From positions 1 through 43,855 of IMG/VR virus record IMGVR_UViG_3300038530_001619: DNA of 43,855 bases. One strand, written 5' to 3'. This stretch comes from a virus. Taxonomy: Duplodnaviria > Caudoviricetes. Positions 1-10,010 of the stretch are shown here, piece after piece; the first letter of the stretch is position 1, and each line of letters starts with the position of its first letter. The position numbers and the translations under genes were made by a program. Under the pieces are notes generated by a model. It made no database searches. It was not told the DNA's origin and saw only the letters and a list, made by a program, of their open reading frames with translations.

Positions 1-2032
1 CAAAATTTCTAGTACCTGCTACGTATAGCGCTGGAGTACCTGACATACCAAAGCCCCATATACCTGCTGATACTAAAGTTTCGTTCATGTTTTCAAAGAA
101 AGGTCTGCCATCTATTAAGTTCTGAGTACCTGTTGTTAAACCTTCAAAAAACATTTCACCAACTGTTTCTGGTAGTATATCTTTACGTAAAGTACCTCTT
201 AAATAGTCAAAAGCACCAGTTCTAACTTCTTGCTGAGCTGCATTAGCACCTATACCACTAAGTTTATTAACGCCTCTATTAAGCATAGGCGCTGTACTAA
301 AATAAGCAAAAGTACCTTCAGCAACACCATACATTGTACCTTTAATAAGTTTTTCTGCTTCACTATATTTTTTCTCACCAGATATAAACTCTTCATAGTT
401 CATATCATTTATTTTACCACCCATAGAAGATAAACCTATCATAGCAGACGAACTTACATTTTGTACGCCTACTAGTGTTCTACCAGTAACACCAGCCGCT
501 TTAGCTGCTGCTCCAGATATACCACCTGTAGCAACCATACTTATTATAATAGGTAATTGTTGAGAAGCTGATTGAGTCAACCACTTTCCAATATTAGTCC
601 AATTATCAAAACCAATATCATCAAACGCAACATCTTTTTGATAATCATCCATTACTTCGTATTTCCAGTTTGTAAAAGCAGTATACGTATCACTTAATGG
701 GTCTATTCCTAAGTTTTGACCAGTTACTGACGCTGCTAGCTCAGCAGGTGCTGTAACAAGTTTTGAAACACCATAAACAGTACTTGCTAATAAATCTAAA
801 CTATTTAATCCTAAACTAACGCCAAACTTTTTAATATCATTATAATCTCTTCTAGTTATATCTAATAGTGTATTGGCATCATTAGCATCTTCAATAGCTA
901 TTTTAAGCTGCTCTTCGTCATTTTTTATAATATTATTTAAACCTATTAAGTTTTCTCTTTGTTCTTGAGCTTTATCGTATATATATTTAGGAATATTTCT
1001 ACCGTCTTGAAGTGTTACGTACTCTTGTCCTGGAATAATATCATAGTTTAAATTAGGATTATTTATAACTTCTAGAAATTTATTTAATTCAAAAGCTTCT
1101 TTAGCTGTTTGATCAAACATACTCATATTTCTATTTCTTCTTAACTGTATTAAGGCAGCTTGTTTATTTTGTAATCTTTGGTTATCAACAGCAGCTTTTT
1201 TAAGTAACTCTATTTGTTCATCTTCTGTATTAAAAATGTTAAAAAAACTATCATTTTTTTCTAAAAGATTTTCAAAATTAATAGCATGTTGCTTTTCTTT
1301 TTCTTGCTTTATTAAATAATTAAAAACATAATCTTCTATTTTTTGCTTTTTCTCTTCTGCAGTTAATCCAGCTAAAGATTGTTGAAGAATTTTTTCACCT
1401 TGCTTTAATTCTTCTTCATAAGGTTGTATAGTAGTAGTTATTCTAGATCCACCACCTATCATTCTGCCATCTTCACTAACGCCAGATCTATATACTTCTT
1501 TTTGATAAGGCTTAAACATAGTGTTTCTATCAAACTTTTTGTTTATTTTATCAAGTTGATCTACTGTTAAACCTGCTGCGCCTGGTTCTATACCTTCATC
1601 AGGAGATGCATCTCTAAAAGTATCATTAATTAAATTATTATACTTTTCATTTTTTGCTACGTCTTTAGCTATATCTTCAATTAATTCTCGCTCTTTAAAA
1701 AGACTTACATTTGTTATAGTTTCTAGTCTTTGTTTATCAGGAATAAAAAATGGATTTTTATCTTGAAACATTTGTTCAGCAGGGGTAAGAGGTTTTTTAG
1801 GTTCAACTGGTTGCTCTTCAGACGTTGTTACAGTTGTAGCTTCTAATGGTTTTTTAGGTTCACTAGGCTTACTGAATAATTGATCTATAGCTTTTGCACT
1901 TTCTTCGTTCCATGTATATAAGTTATCAAGAACACTAGGATCTTGGTTTATCATATCAACAAACTCTTCTAATGAAATTTCATTTCCAGTAGAGCTAATA
2001 TAAGATTCTAATAATATTTGTTCTGGATTCAT
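1..2032 (-). CDS. Large internal virion (ejection/cargo) protein, N-terminal part; runs off the window
   Basis: Not in the ORF track. ATG at 2032 abuts the stop of 2033..3205 and reads MNPEQILLESYISSTGNEISLEEF...; the frame appears to stay open to the window edge (about 677 codons). It has Gly/Ala-rich hydrophobic stretches and follows two smaller virion-protein genes. Confidence 0.7.
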   Translation of the reverse strand, partial: MNPEQILLESYISSTGNEISLEEFVDMINQDPSVLDNLYTWNEESAKAIDQLFSKPSEPKKPLEATTVTTSEEQPVEPKKPLTPAEQMFQDKNPFFIPDKQRLETITNVSLFKERELIEDIAKDVAKNEKYNNLINDTFRDASPDEGIEPGAAGLTVDQLDKINKKFDRNTMFKPYQKEVYRSGVSEDGRMIGGGSRITTTIQPYEEELKQGEKILQQSLAGLTAEEKKQKIEDYVFNYLIKQEKEKQHAINFENLLEKNDSFFNIFNTEDEQIELLKKAAVDNQRLQNKQAALIQLRRNRNMSMFDQTAKEAFELNKFLEVINNPNLNYDIIPGQEYVTLQDGRNIPKYIYDKAQEQRENLIGLNNIIKNDEEQLKIAIEDANDANTLLDITRRDYNDIKKFGVSLGLNSLDLLASTVYGVSKLVTAPAELAASVTGQNLGIDPLSDTYTAFTNWKYEVMDDYQKDVAFDDIGFDNWTNIGKWLTQSASQQLPIIISMVATGGISGAAAKAAGVTGRTLVGVQNVSSSAMIGLSSMGGKINDMNYEEFISGEKKYSEAEKLIKGTMYGVAEGTFAYFSTAPMLNRGVNKLSGIGANAAQQEVRTGAFDYLRGTLRKDILPETVGEMFFEGLTTGTQNLIDGRPFFENMNETLVSAGIWGFGMSGTPALYVAGTRNF

Positions 2033-3205
2033 TTATTGACTTATTTGACTACGAAATATATCTTTCAATGTTAAATTAAAATCATTTGCGTTATATGGAC
2101 TATCAGAAAAACTTGCATATAAAGATTCAGGTTCATATATATAACTAGATTTACCATCTTTACCAGTTTCTATATAATAATCTCTTAACCATTTTTCACC
2201 ATCAGGTGATTCTAAAAATCTATCAAATCCTGCAGGGTCAACAATTTGTATATCTTTAAATACATCTTGATATTTATATTTGTTTTCACCATCTTGTTTG
2301 CCAGCATAAGCTAATTTCTTTGATTGTACTAAATTACCTTTTTCATCTCTTGTCATTACAGGTTTTTTAGTTGTTACATTAAAACCATATTTATCACCAA
2401 AGTTATTTATAGCAGTTTGCAAATGCTTTGCTCTATCATCAATGCTATCAGTAACAACAGTATTAAAAAATTGTTGATTATTATCAGCTACATCTTGTCT
2501 GTATTTAGTTAAACTTAAATTGTCTACAACTTTAGGAAGACCATCCATACCTTTTTTACTTAAATCAAAAGCTGTTACACTAAATCCACCTGATGGATCT
2601 TCACCAATATATATGTTGCCTTTTTGTTTGTCTAACGATTCGTAAATATCTATCATACCAGGAGCAAAATTATCCATTATAGCGCCTTGCTGTCTTGGTG
2701 GTATATTTTTAGCTTCTTTATATAGTCTATATCCAGCAGTAAAGTTTTCCATATCTTTTTTAAATGTAGCTACTTTAGCTATATACTTATTTCTTATTTG
2801 ATCTATAACTCTTAATGAAGCGTCTTGACCACCAGCTGCTTGTATTTCTTCGTCCATTCTTTTTCTTAACAAAAACAAAGTATCTCCAATAGCATCTTCT
2901 TGAAATATTTTTTTCCCAGCTTGTGTCTCAAAGTTTTGAGCTTGCTCTTTTAAATCTGCAGCTTCTTTATCAACGGTTCCAAAAGTACTTCTGTCAAAAG
3001 CATCTTTAGTTCTTTTTTCTTGTGCAGCTTTTTTTTCTTCAAGCTGTTTTTCTCTTAATGCTTCTTTAGCTCTTCTTCTTCTAAGCTCTGCTTGTTGTTG
3101 AATACCATTAGCAGTTGCATTTAAACTTGTATAAAAAGCTTGTATACTTCTTGCAGCTTGATCTGCTCGAGTCTCTATTTTCTTTGGATTTTCGTATGCT
3201 CCCAT
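2033..3205 (-). CDS. Putative internal virion protein
   Basis: 390 aa with a charged coiled-coil N-terminus; sits in the podovirus cargo-protein cluster. Confidence 0.55.
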   Translation of the reverse strand: MGAYENPKKIETRADQAARSIQAFYTSLNATANGIQQQAELRRRRAKEALREKQLEEKKAAQEKRTKDAFDRSTFGTVDKEAADLKEQAQNFETQAGKKIFQEDAIGDTLFLLRKRMDEEIQAAGGQDASLRVIDQIRNKYIAKVATFKKDMENFTAGYRLYKEAKNIPPRQQGAIMDNFAPGMIDIYESLDKQKGNIYIGEDPSGGFSVTAFDLSKKGMDGLPKVVDNLSLTKYRQDVADNNQQFFNTVVTDSIDDRAKHLQTAINNFGDKYGFNVTTKKPVMTRDEKGNLVQSKKLAYAGKQDGENKYKYQDVFKDIQIVDPAGFDRFLESPDGEKWLRDYYIETGKDGKSSYIYEPESLYASFSDSPYNANDFNLTLKDIFRSQISQ

Positions 3206-3223
3206 AATTTAGTCTAATTATTA

Positions 3224-4018
3224 TTATCCTCCACCTAATAACGTAGTGCTTGATCCTAATGTAGCTGGATTTGTAAAGTTACTGCCAAAAGTAGAAGGAT
3301 TGTAACCTGTTGTGTTTGCACCAGCACCTGCACTAGCTCCTCCAAAAGCTTGGCTAAAACCACCAGCCGCAATACCTGCACTAGAAGCTGCACCTGAAAT
3401 ACCTGCCATAAGGGCAGCTTGACCACCAGCTTGAAAATCTATAGCTCTTTGTTCTGCGTTTTGTTGTTGTGCTGCTAATCTATTTAATTGTGCTATATCT
3501 CTAGTTTCTTGTCTACCATACACGTTTATTTCTTCTTGAAGTGCTTGTTGTTCTAGAGCCATTTGTTGGTTCATTTTTTGTGCTTCACCTTCTAGTTTTA
3601 ATTGTTGGTTTTTAAGCTCTTGATTTTCTATGGAAGCAGCTACTTGCGCTTTACTTGCAGCAGCTTGTCTAGCTAATGCTGTAGCAGCACCTGCACCAAC
3701 ACCTGATTGGTTTAAAGCGTTAAGTGTATTTGCTAATGCCTCGTCTGTTTGTTCCATTTTAATGTTAACACCTTGCATTGCTACACCTAAATTTTCATAT
3801 GGGTTAAATACTTGTTGTTTTAAACCTCTTATTTCATCTGATTTATCTACTACAGGTTGTCTACTAGCTTCTAACGCTCTTAATCTAGCTTCTTCTCTTC
3901 TAGCTTTAGCAGCTTCAATTCTAGCATTTTTATTTGCTTTAGAATTTTGAGCTATACCTACACCTAAACTACCTAGAGCTGCGGCACCCGCGATTATTCC
4001 AGTTACTATTCCAGCCAT
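3224..4018 (-). CDS. Putative internal virion / DNA pilot (ejection) protein
   Basis: Gly/Ala-rich hydrophobic termini flank a Gln-rich coiled coil, typical of ejected podovirus core proteins. Confidence 0.6.
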   Translation of the reverse strand: MAGIVTGIIAGAAALGSLGVGIAQNSKANKNARIEAAKARREEARLRALEASRQPVVDKSDEIRGLKQQVFNPYENLGVAMQGVNIKMEQTDEALANTLNALNQSGVGAGAATALARQAAASKAQVAASIENQELKNQQLKLEGEAQKMNQQMALEQQALQEEINVYGRQETRDIAQLNRLAAQQQNAEQRAIDFQAGGQAALMAGISGAASSAGIAAGGFSQAFGGASAGAGANTTGYNPSTFGSNFTNPATLGSSTTLLGGG

Positions 4019-4483
4019 TTATTTGTTTTTTAAATATTCATTATATTCACTTTGATTAAAAGCAAATAATCTTTTTTCTATTTCGTCTAAATCTTTTTCA
4101 TTGTCAGGATTAGAGTGTATATTAATCCATATAGCATCTTCAACTACTTCTATAACTCTTTGTGTACCAGGATTAGATATAGTATAGCACGGTGCTTCAT
4201 ATTCACTTATACTTTCAGCATCGGCAACTTTTACTATACCGTGCATTAAAAACCAAGAGTGTAGCTCTTTATGTATAGCTCCTACTATTATAGTACCTTT
4301 AGATACATCCATACGGCGCATATAAACGCCATTAGTAAACTCATTTATTATTTCTATACCTTCTGCTTCTCTAACTAATTTTTTGCCGTCTCCGACTATA
4401 TTTATTCCGTCTGCTTTTTCTATTAATAATTTAGATAAATTTTCTATAGTACTTTTTCTTTTTTCTATTAAATTTAATTCCAT
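4019..4483 (-). CDS. Cupin-like beta-barrel phage protein
   Basis: GVYMRRMDVSKGTIIVGAIHKELH...PGTQRVIEVVEDAIWINIH is a cupin-type pattern; lies between tail and internal-protein genes. Confidence 0.55.
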   Translation of the reverse strand: MELNLIEKRKSTIENLSKLLIEKADGINIVGDGKKLVREAEGIEIINEFTNGVYMRRMDVSKGTIIVGAIHKELHSWFLMHGIVKVADAESISEYEAPCYTISNPGTQRVIEVVEDAIWINIHSNPDNEKDLDEIEKRLFAFNQSEYNEYLKNK

Positions 4484-6196
4484 TTACATTGATGATAATA
4501 CATAATTTGATGATACTGAAAACAATTGTTTAGCACCACCAGGCTCAGTACTTGAGTCTATTGACATTTTAACTGTCATTAAATATCCTTTTACACCGCT
4601 AACTTGATTACCGTATATAACTTCACCAGGTCTTACTACGCTAGCACTAACTAAATTAGCTACATATTTATTTTCTTTTCTATCAAAACCAGCTCTTAAT
4701 ATTGGTTGAGTTAACGTTGCTGGATATATATTTCCAGAATTATCGTATTGACCTTCAACATAACTTTTTATAGAGCTAGTACTATCTTGATATTGATTCC
4801 AAGTACCGCTATTACTTACTTGATCTACGCCTTCAAAGTCAGATAAATAACTATCAACTTCCCAACCGTTGCTTCCTTCATAAGCTATAGTATTAAAGTT
4901 CTTAATTACAGTAGGATTAGGGTTGAATATAAATTCAACAAAAGATTCTGCTGGCGTTGTAGCTCCATAGAATTTACTTCTAGTTGTAGTAGTACTTTCG
5001 TCATAATGTTTATAAATATTACTATCTATAAACGTATAAAAATTATTTTTAAGACTAGCCATAGCATTTGGTTTATAGCTATAAAAACTAGTCCAACCTT
5101 TTATTTGCTCATCATATCCTACAGTATCAAAAGTATCAGCGTCGGTAGATATTGTTCTTGGCTTAGTTTGTAGTGATAAAGTATAAGCTGATTGATGCGT
5201 GTCCCAAGCTCCATATATTTTACCTTTAGCAAATGTTACAAATACAGCGTTATCATATGTACCTGCACTACCAAAATTAGCAGCTGGATCTACTGTTATG
5301 TTTAATGTTGAACCTGCGTCTACAACGTTTGTTACAGTACAACCTGTAGTAGCATTACCTGAAGCGTTAGAAAGCTCTAAGGACGCGCCTAATTGAATAT
5401 TAGAGGCATCTACTGCTACAACACTGAACGATGTTAAGCTACCAGTAGGCGATCCTGACAATGTTACTGTTATTGATTGCCTTTCGTAATCATCAGATAT
5501 TTTAGCTAACTCATCTCTAAAATAATCACGCATACCATAACCAGATATTTCAGTTATACCATCTCTTGAAAGTCTCAATATAGCTGATCTATCTTTGTCT
5601 GCAAAGTATTTTCTATAACCAAAAACTGAAAAAGACTCTGGATTTCTACTTATACCATATTCGCCTAAATAAGGTACATCTTGACCAAAGAATTGTATAG
5701 CTCCTGTTTCTACAGACCCTTGATCGCCAGAATATATAGCATTTTTATTTATTAATACTTTAGTTACTTTACTTTCTTGAAATACATTTAAATTAGTATC
5801 TTCAGAGTAAAGCTTTTGTATTGATCCATTAATAGGATCTAAGTCTTTTAATATAGGATCCGCTATAGAAAAAACATTTGTTTCGTTAAATCCAGTTCTA
5901 GTATTTAGTAAACCAGAATATATTAAACTATGTTTTCTATCTAATGCGTCTTTGTTTTCATTAACAACATATGCTCTTACACCTAAAGTTATTTGTGGAT
6001 TATTAAAGCCACCTTTTATTCTACTTTCTTCTATGTAATAATTTTGATAGCCACTAGTAAATGTACCACTACCAAACGGAAACGTTGGATAACCAGATGG
6101 ATTCCATGGAAGCCCAGGCCAGCTTATATTACCTGCAACATCTAAGGCTTTTTTTATCCAAAAAGAATTAAAGTATTTCACTCCAACTGTGTACAT
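4484..6196 (-). CDS. Tail stabilisation/nozzle protein, C-terminal-type module
   Basis: IEESRIKGGFN, LIYSG, YGISRNPESF, YFADKDR..ILRLSRDGITEIS.YGMRDYF and GWTSFYSY resemble crAss-like stabilisation (P22 gp10-like) proteins. Confidence 0.7.
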   Translation of the reverse strand: MYTVGVKYFNSFWIKKALDVAGNISWPGLPWNPSGYPTFPFGSGTFTSGYQNYYIEESRIKGGFNNPQITLGVRAYVVNENKDALDRKHSLIYSGLLNTRTGFNETNVFSIADPILKDLDPINGSIQKLYSEDTNLNVFQESKVTKVLINKNAIYSGDQGSVETGAIQFFGQDVPYLGEYGISRNPESFSVFGYRKYFADKDRSAILRLSRDGITEISGYGMRDYFRDELAKISDDYERQSITVTLSGSPTGSLTSFSVVAVDASNIQLGASLELSNASGNATTGCTVTNVVDAGSTLNITVDPAANFGSAGTYDNAVFVTFAKGKIYGAWDTHQSAYTLSLQTKPRTISTDADTFDTVGYDEQIKGWTSFYSYKPNAMASLKNNFYTFIDSNIYKHYDESTTTTRSKFYGATTPAESFVEFIFNPNPTVIKNFNTIAYEGSNGWEVDSYLSDFEGVDQVSNSGTWNQYQDSTSSIKSYVEGQYDNSGNIYPATLTQPILRAGFDRKENKYVANLVSASVVRPGEVIYGNQVSGVKGYLMTVKMSIDSSTEPGGAKQLFSVSSNYVLSSM

Positions 6197-6205
6197 ATTA
6201 TATAT

Positions 6206-6213
6206 ATTACTTG
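6206..6213 (-). promoter_or_regulatory. Candidate late promoter motif CAAGTAAT
   Basis: Matches CA[AT]GTRAT, also seen in intergenic gaps at 11986, 33490 and 37358; 9 nt upstream of the ATG at 6196. Confidence 0.35.
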
Positions 6214-6229
6214 TTTTTACTAATTATTA

Positions 6230-9200
6230 CTATGATGATGGTGATACTACTATTTCACATAAAGCTAATAAACCACCTCCGTCTGTTACAGTTACAATAG
6301 CACTTTGATTACCAAAACTTTCTGCACCGGCATTTATATTCAAATAAGCAATACCTTCTGTTTGTACTAAGTCATAATACGGTAAAGCATTAGCGTCAAT
6401 ACCAGAAAGTGTATAAGTTAAATCAGTTCTTAAATTAGCTGTATTACTATTATTAGTTCCGTTTCTACCATCAAAACTTAATACTAATAAGTTTTCTGCA
6501 GTTGATACACCTGTCACATTTAATGTGTTACCACAGCCACTGCTACCAGGCCAAGCAGAGTTAGGACCTAAATTTAAAGGTACGATAGTTGGTACAACAT
6601 TACTAAGACCAAATAGCGGTGAAGTAAAACCAGCGCCTGGTGCAGCACCTAGTGTTAGATCTTTAGTAACAAATGTACCGTCAGTACTAAATGTAGCAGA
6701 CGGTGCCTTTACTCTTATAGTAAAAGTATAAAAATCTTTTGCAGCTGAATTACTAGCATAATAAAAATAACTAAGGTTTCTTATTTTATAAGCACCTAAA
6801 CTTCCTACCGCTGTTAAACTAAAATCGCTAGTAACATTATTGTTTAAAGCATCAGTTACAGAAAGCAATGTCATAGTTATGTTAGAACCAGTTAAAGAGT
6901 TGCCAGCATAGTCTGTAGCATATATACCTGTTGCTTCAGTTAAATCGGTATTTAAAGCAGCTGACTCAGGTAAACTCCAAGTTATACCTAAAGTTCCTGA
7001 AGCATCTCTAAATCCATATGGCGTAGTAGTGTCGTTAGCTATTATATTTGCATTTAAATCAGATATTTTACCTGCAGAACTTGTTTCCCAATATATATCT
7101 AGCTTAGACTCTAATGGCTTTGTTTCAAATATTGATAATGGGTTTTGTTTAGGATTTGTATTTCTAGGATCTAAACCACCTGCTGGTCCATAAACACTTC
7201 TAGTAACAGTAACATCAAAAGTACAGTTTCCATCACCAGCCGCTTCAATATTAGCTGTAGAAGTTAATGGATATGAACTTAAGTTTTCCCAAGGTCCACC
7301 AGTATTAGTTAATACTATTTTGTTTACACTACCAGTTGACGCATTAAAAGTTACTTGTATATTTTTATTTTTAAACTGTTTATCAGTTGCTGTTGTACCT
7401 TTAAAAACAATAGGAACATTTTCACCTAAATCTGGATAATCAGCACCGGAAGTTGATACTGCACTTACACTAACTTCATATTCTGCAGCATTTATACTAG
7501 GACCAACTTGTCCATAAGTACTAATGTTAGATCCAGCTGTATAAACATTCATACGAGCAATAAATGGATTTGACTGATAATTATATAAAACAGGCGCTCT
7601 ATTAAATGGAAATATAGATGACGGCGACCATAATCCTAAATCTTCACCAGTTCCTATAGCTACTACAACATCTGACTCTTGATCTGGATAATACTGTCTT
7701 TTATATTGAACTGTGCCATATCTATTTATAACTCTAGGTATTAATTCTACTGAAGCATTTTTAACTTGAGATCCACTGTCTAAGTCTCTTTCTCTATCTC
7801 TAGTTTTTAACAATGCTTCTCCTTCTTCTGTATATGGATCAGCTTGAAAGTAATTACCATTAGTATCTGTAAATTGATAATAGCTAGGATCATCAGAAAA
7901 CGAAGGTCTACCTGATCTAAATTTATTTTGATTAGGACCAACTAATGTTATATCTTTAGGAACTTTACTTAAGTTATCAGCTTGTAAAACAAAGTGCACA
8001 ACTGGTTCATCTTCGCTAGCTGCTAAAGGATCTTGACTTTCTCCATCAATATACCCATTTAAAACACCAGGTACAAAAACATTATAGTAATCTGTTTCAG
8101 TTTGTTTTACTACAAACTTGTAACTAAACCAGCCTAGTGGATTAGTAGAGCTATATAATCCAGGCGTTCCAATAGAAGTATTTTTTATAGAATCTATTGT
8201 TTCATTAAAAGTAATTTTTAACTGATCACCTGGCCAAGTATTATTAGAACTATACAAGCTAGTTGTAGCTGTACCAGGGTAATAAGAAAAATTAGCAGTA
8301 CCACCTGTTTGACCTTCGTTATTACCAGTTTTATAAGGATTAAATATAGTAGAACCTTTTAATTCTGGATCTTGAATATTGCTATTTACTTTAGATAATA
8401 TTACATCTGACTGTCTACCATATCTATCAGAAAGCACTACGCCTATTTGGTAAGTTCTATTTTGTTTTAAAGTATGGTTTTGATATTCTAATCTAATATT
8501 AGAAGCTTCTACAGAAGCTGCAGGCGCTACTTGAGTAAGTTTAAATCCAACCTTAGCATCGTAATCTATTTCACTTGGCGGAGTATGTTTGTCTACTATA
8601 TTTCCAAATACTAATCTATTTCCTATTACTTCTTGTGATAGAGCTCTTACAGGTGTTTGATCAGATACTCTTAATAAATCTCTTAATGGTAAAGTTCTAA
8701 ATGGTTTTCTAGATTGATAATCATAAAACAAAAGAGCAGAGCCATTACCTGTTAAAGTATTAGCTGGTATAGTTTCTAGCAAGTTTAAAGTTGTACTAGT
8801 TGCATTTTTAAATATTATATCAATAGAGTCTAATTTTAAATCATCTACAACGTTACCCCAGTTAGTAGAGCCATCAGGCACAGGAATACATAAAGTAATA
8901 TTATTAACTTTATTTTTCATTATATTTAGCTCTGTAGATTGCATTGTTTTTTCTTCGTCATTGCCAATAAAATAGCCATCTTGTTCTGGTATAAAACATT
9001 CTTGAGTAAAAGGAGATATTAAAGAATATTCACCGTCATCAAATTTAAACCTATATGCAAACCTTACAAACTTTTCTTTTAAATAATCTTTATCACCTGG
9101 CCAATTAGCATTGTAGTACGGATTAGCTGTACTTCCATCAGGTAAATACTCATTTACAACATCTTTCATTGTAGAAGATGTTTGCACTGTTAGTGTTATT

Positions 9201-10006
9201 TGAACGCCACTACCACTTCCTGACCTTTGTACTATTTGAACTACATCACCATCGCTATATCCAGATCCATTGTTGTTTATTGATACTGCAGTTATATTAC
9301 CTGCCGATGGCCCCGAACTAGAAACAGTATCAACATTTATAGTTAATCCTTGCCCTGTACCACCAGTTGTTTGACAATTAGTTTGTACTACGTAAGTGCC
9401 AGATTGTGTGCCACCAATACTAAGTGCTGTTACTTCATCTCTTATTAATTCTATAGGACTAAAAGGATAATATTTAGCTAGTGATATTTGATCTTCAGAT
9501 GTATAATAACTAGTATTAGCTAATGCTCTAGTAATATTTATTTTTCTAGGTTGGTTTCTATTGTCACTAAAAAATAAATTATTATCAATAGTATTTACGC
9601 CTAACACAGGATGTGTCTTAGAAAAGTTTAAAAAGCTACCTGATACTATTAATGTTGAAGTTAACGTATTTATATTATAAACACCTATATGGCAAGATGC
9701 AGCTGCTGGCGCAAAGTTTGATAATTTATCAGATGAAGTGTCTACATAGTTAGTCATAAACACAAATATTTGATCTCTAGTCGGATCCATGAAAAACCCT
9801 ATTATATCTATATTAGGTGTAGAACTTAAACCAAAATCAGTTAATGATATATTACCTAATATATTTTCTAAAGACCCTACATCTGCACCTTCAGATTTAC
9901 TTACAGATACGTTTTGAGCGTCTCTATATTCACCTGGAGGCACAAGCCTAGCATCTAAGTCTTTATTCATTTTAGACTTGATAAAACTATTTCTTGCTTC
10001 AGCCAT
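6230..10006 (-). CDS. Tail stabilisation/nozzle protein, N-terminal-type module with inserted beta-rich domains
   Basis: N-terminus RNSFIKSKMNKDLDARLVPPGEYRDAQNV, then FFSDNRNQPRKIN, FVRFAYRFKFDDGEYS, GNRLVFGN and YQIGVVLSDRYGRQS; follows the tail ring genes. Confidence 0.7.
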   Translation of the reverse strand: MAEARNSFIKSKMNKDLDARLVPPGEYRDAQNVSVSKSEGADVGSLENILGNISLTDFGLSSTPNIDIIGFFMDPTRDQIFVFMTNYVDTSSDKLSNFAPAAASCHIGVYNINTLTSTLIVSGSFLNFSKTHPVLGVNTIDNNLFFSDNRNQPRKINITRALANTSYYTSEDQISLAKYYPFSPIELIRDEVTALSIGGTQSGTYVVQTNCQTTGGTGQGLTINVDTVSSSGPSAGNITAVSINNNGSGYSDGDVVQIVQRSGSGSGVQITLTVQTSSTMKDVVNEYLPDGSTANPYYNANWPGDKDYLKEKFVRFAYRFKFDDGEYSLISPFTQECFIPEQDGYFIGNDEEKTMQSTELNIMKNKVNNITLCIPVPDGSTNWGNVVDDLKLDSIDIIFKNATSTTLNLLETIPANTLTGNGSALLFYDYQSRKPFRTLPLRDLLRVSDQTPVRALSQEVIGNRLVFGNIVDKHTPPSEIDYDAKVGFKLTQVAPAASVEASNIRLEYQNHTLKQNRTYQIGVVLSDRYGRQSDVILSKVNSNIQDPELKGSTIFNPYKTGNNEGQTGGTANFSYYPGTATTSLYSSNNTWPGDQLKITFNETIDSIKNTSIGTPGLYSSTNPLGWFSYKFVVKQTETDYYNVFVPGVLNGYIDGESQDPLAASEDEPVVHFVLQADNLSKVPKDITLVGPNQNKFRSGRPSFSDDPSYYQFTDTNGNYFQADPYTEEGEALLKTRDRERDLDSGSQVKNASVELIPRVINRYGTVQYKRQYYPDQESDVVVAIGTGEDLGLWSPSSIFPFNRAPVLYNYQSNPFIARMNVYTAGSNISTYGQVGPSINAAEYEVSVSAVSTSGADYPDLGENVPIVFKGTTATDKQFKNKNIQVTFNASTGSVNKIVLTNTGGPWENLSSYPLTSTANIEAAGDGNCTFDVTVTRSVYGPAGGLDPRNTNPKQNPLSIFETKPLESKLDIYWETSSAGKISDLNANIIANDTTTPYGFRDASGTLGITWSLPESAALNTDLTEATGIYATDYAGNSLTGSNITMTLLSVTDALNNNVTSDFSLTAVGSLGAYKIRNLSYFYYASNSAAKDFYTFTIRVKAPSATFSTDGTFVTKDLTLGAAPGAGFTSPLFGLSNVVPTIVPLNLGPNSAWPGSSGCGNTLNVTGVSTAENLLVLSFDGRNGTNNSNTANLRTDLTYTLSGIDANALPYYDLVQTEGIAYLNINAGAESFGNQSAIVTVTDGGGLLALCEIVVSPSS

Positions 10007-10010
10007 TTAA

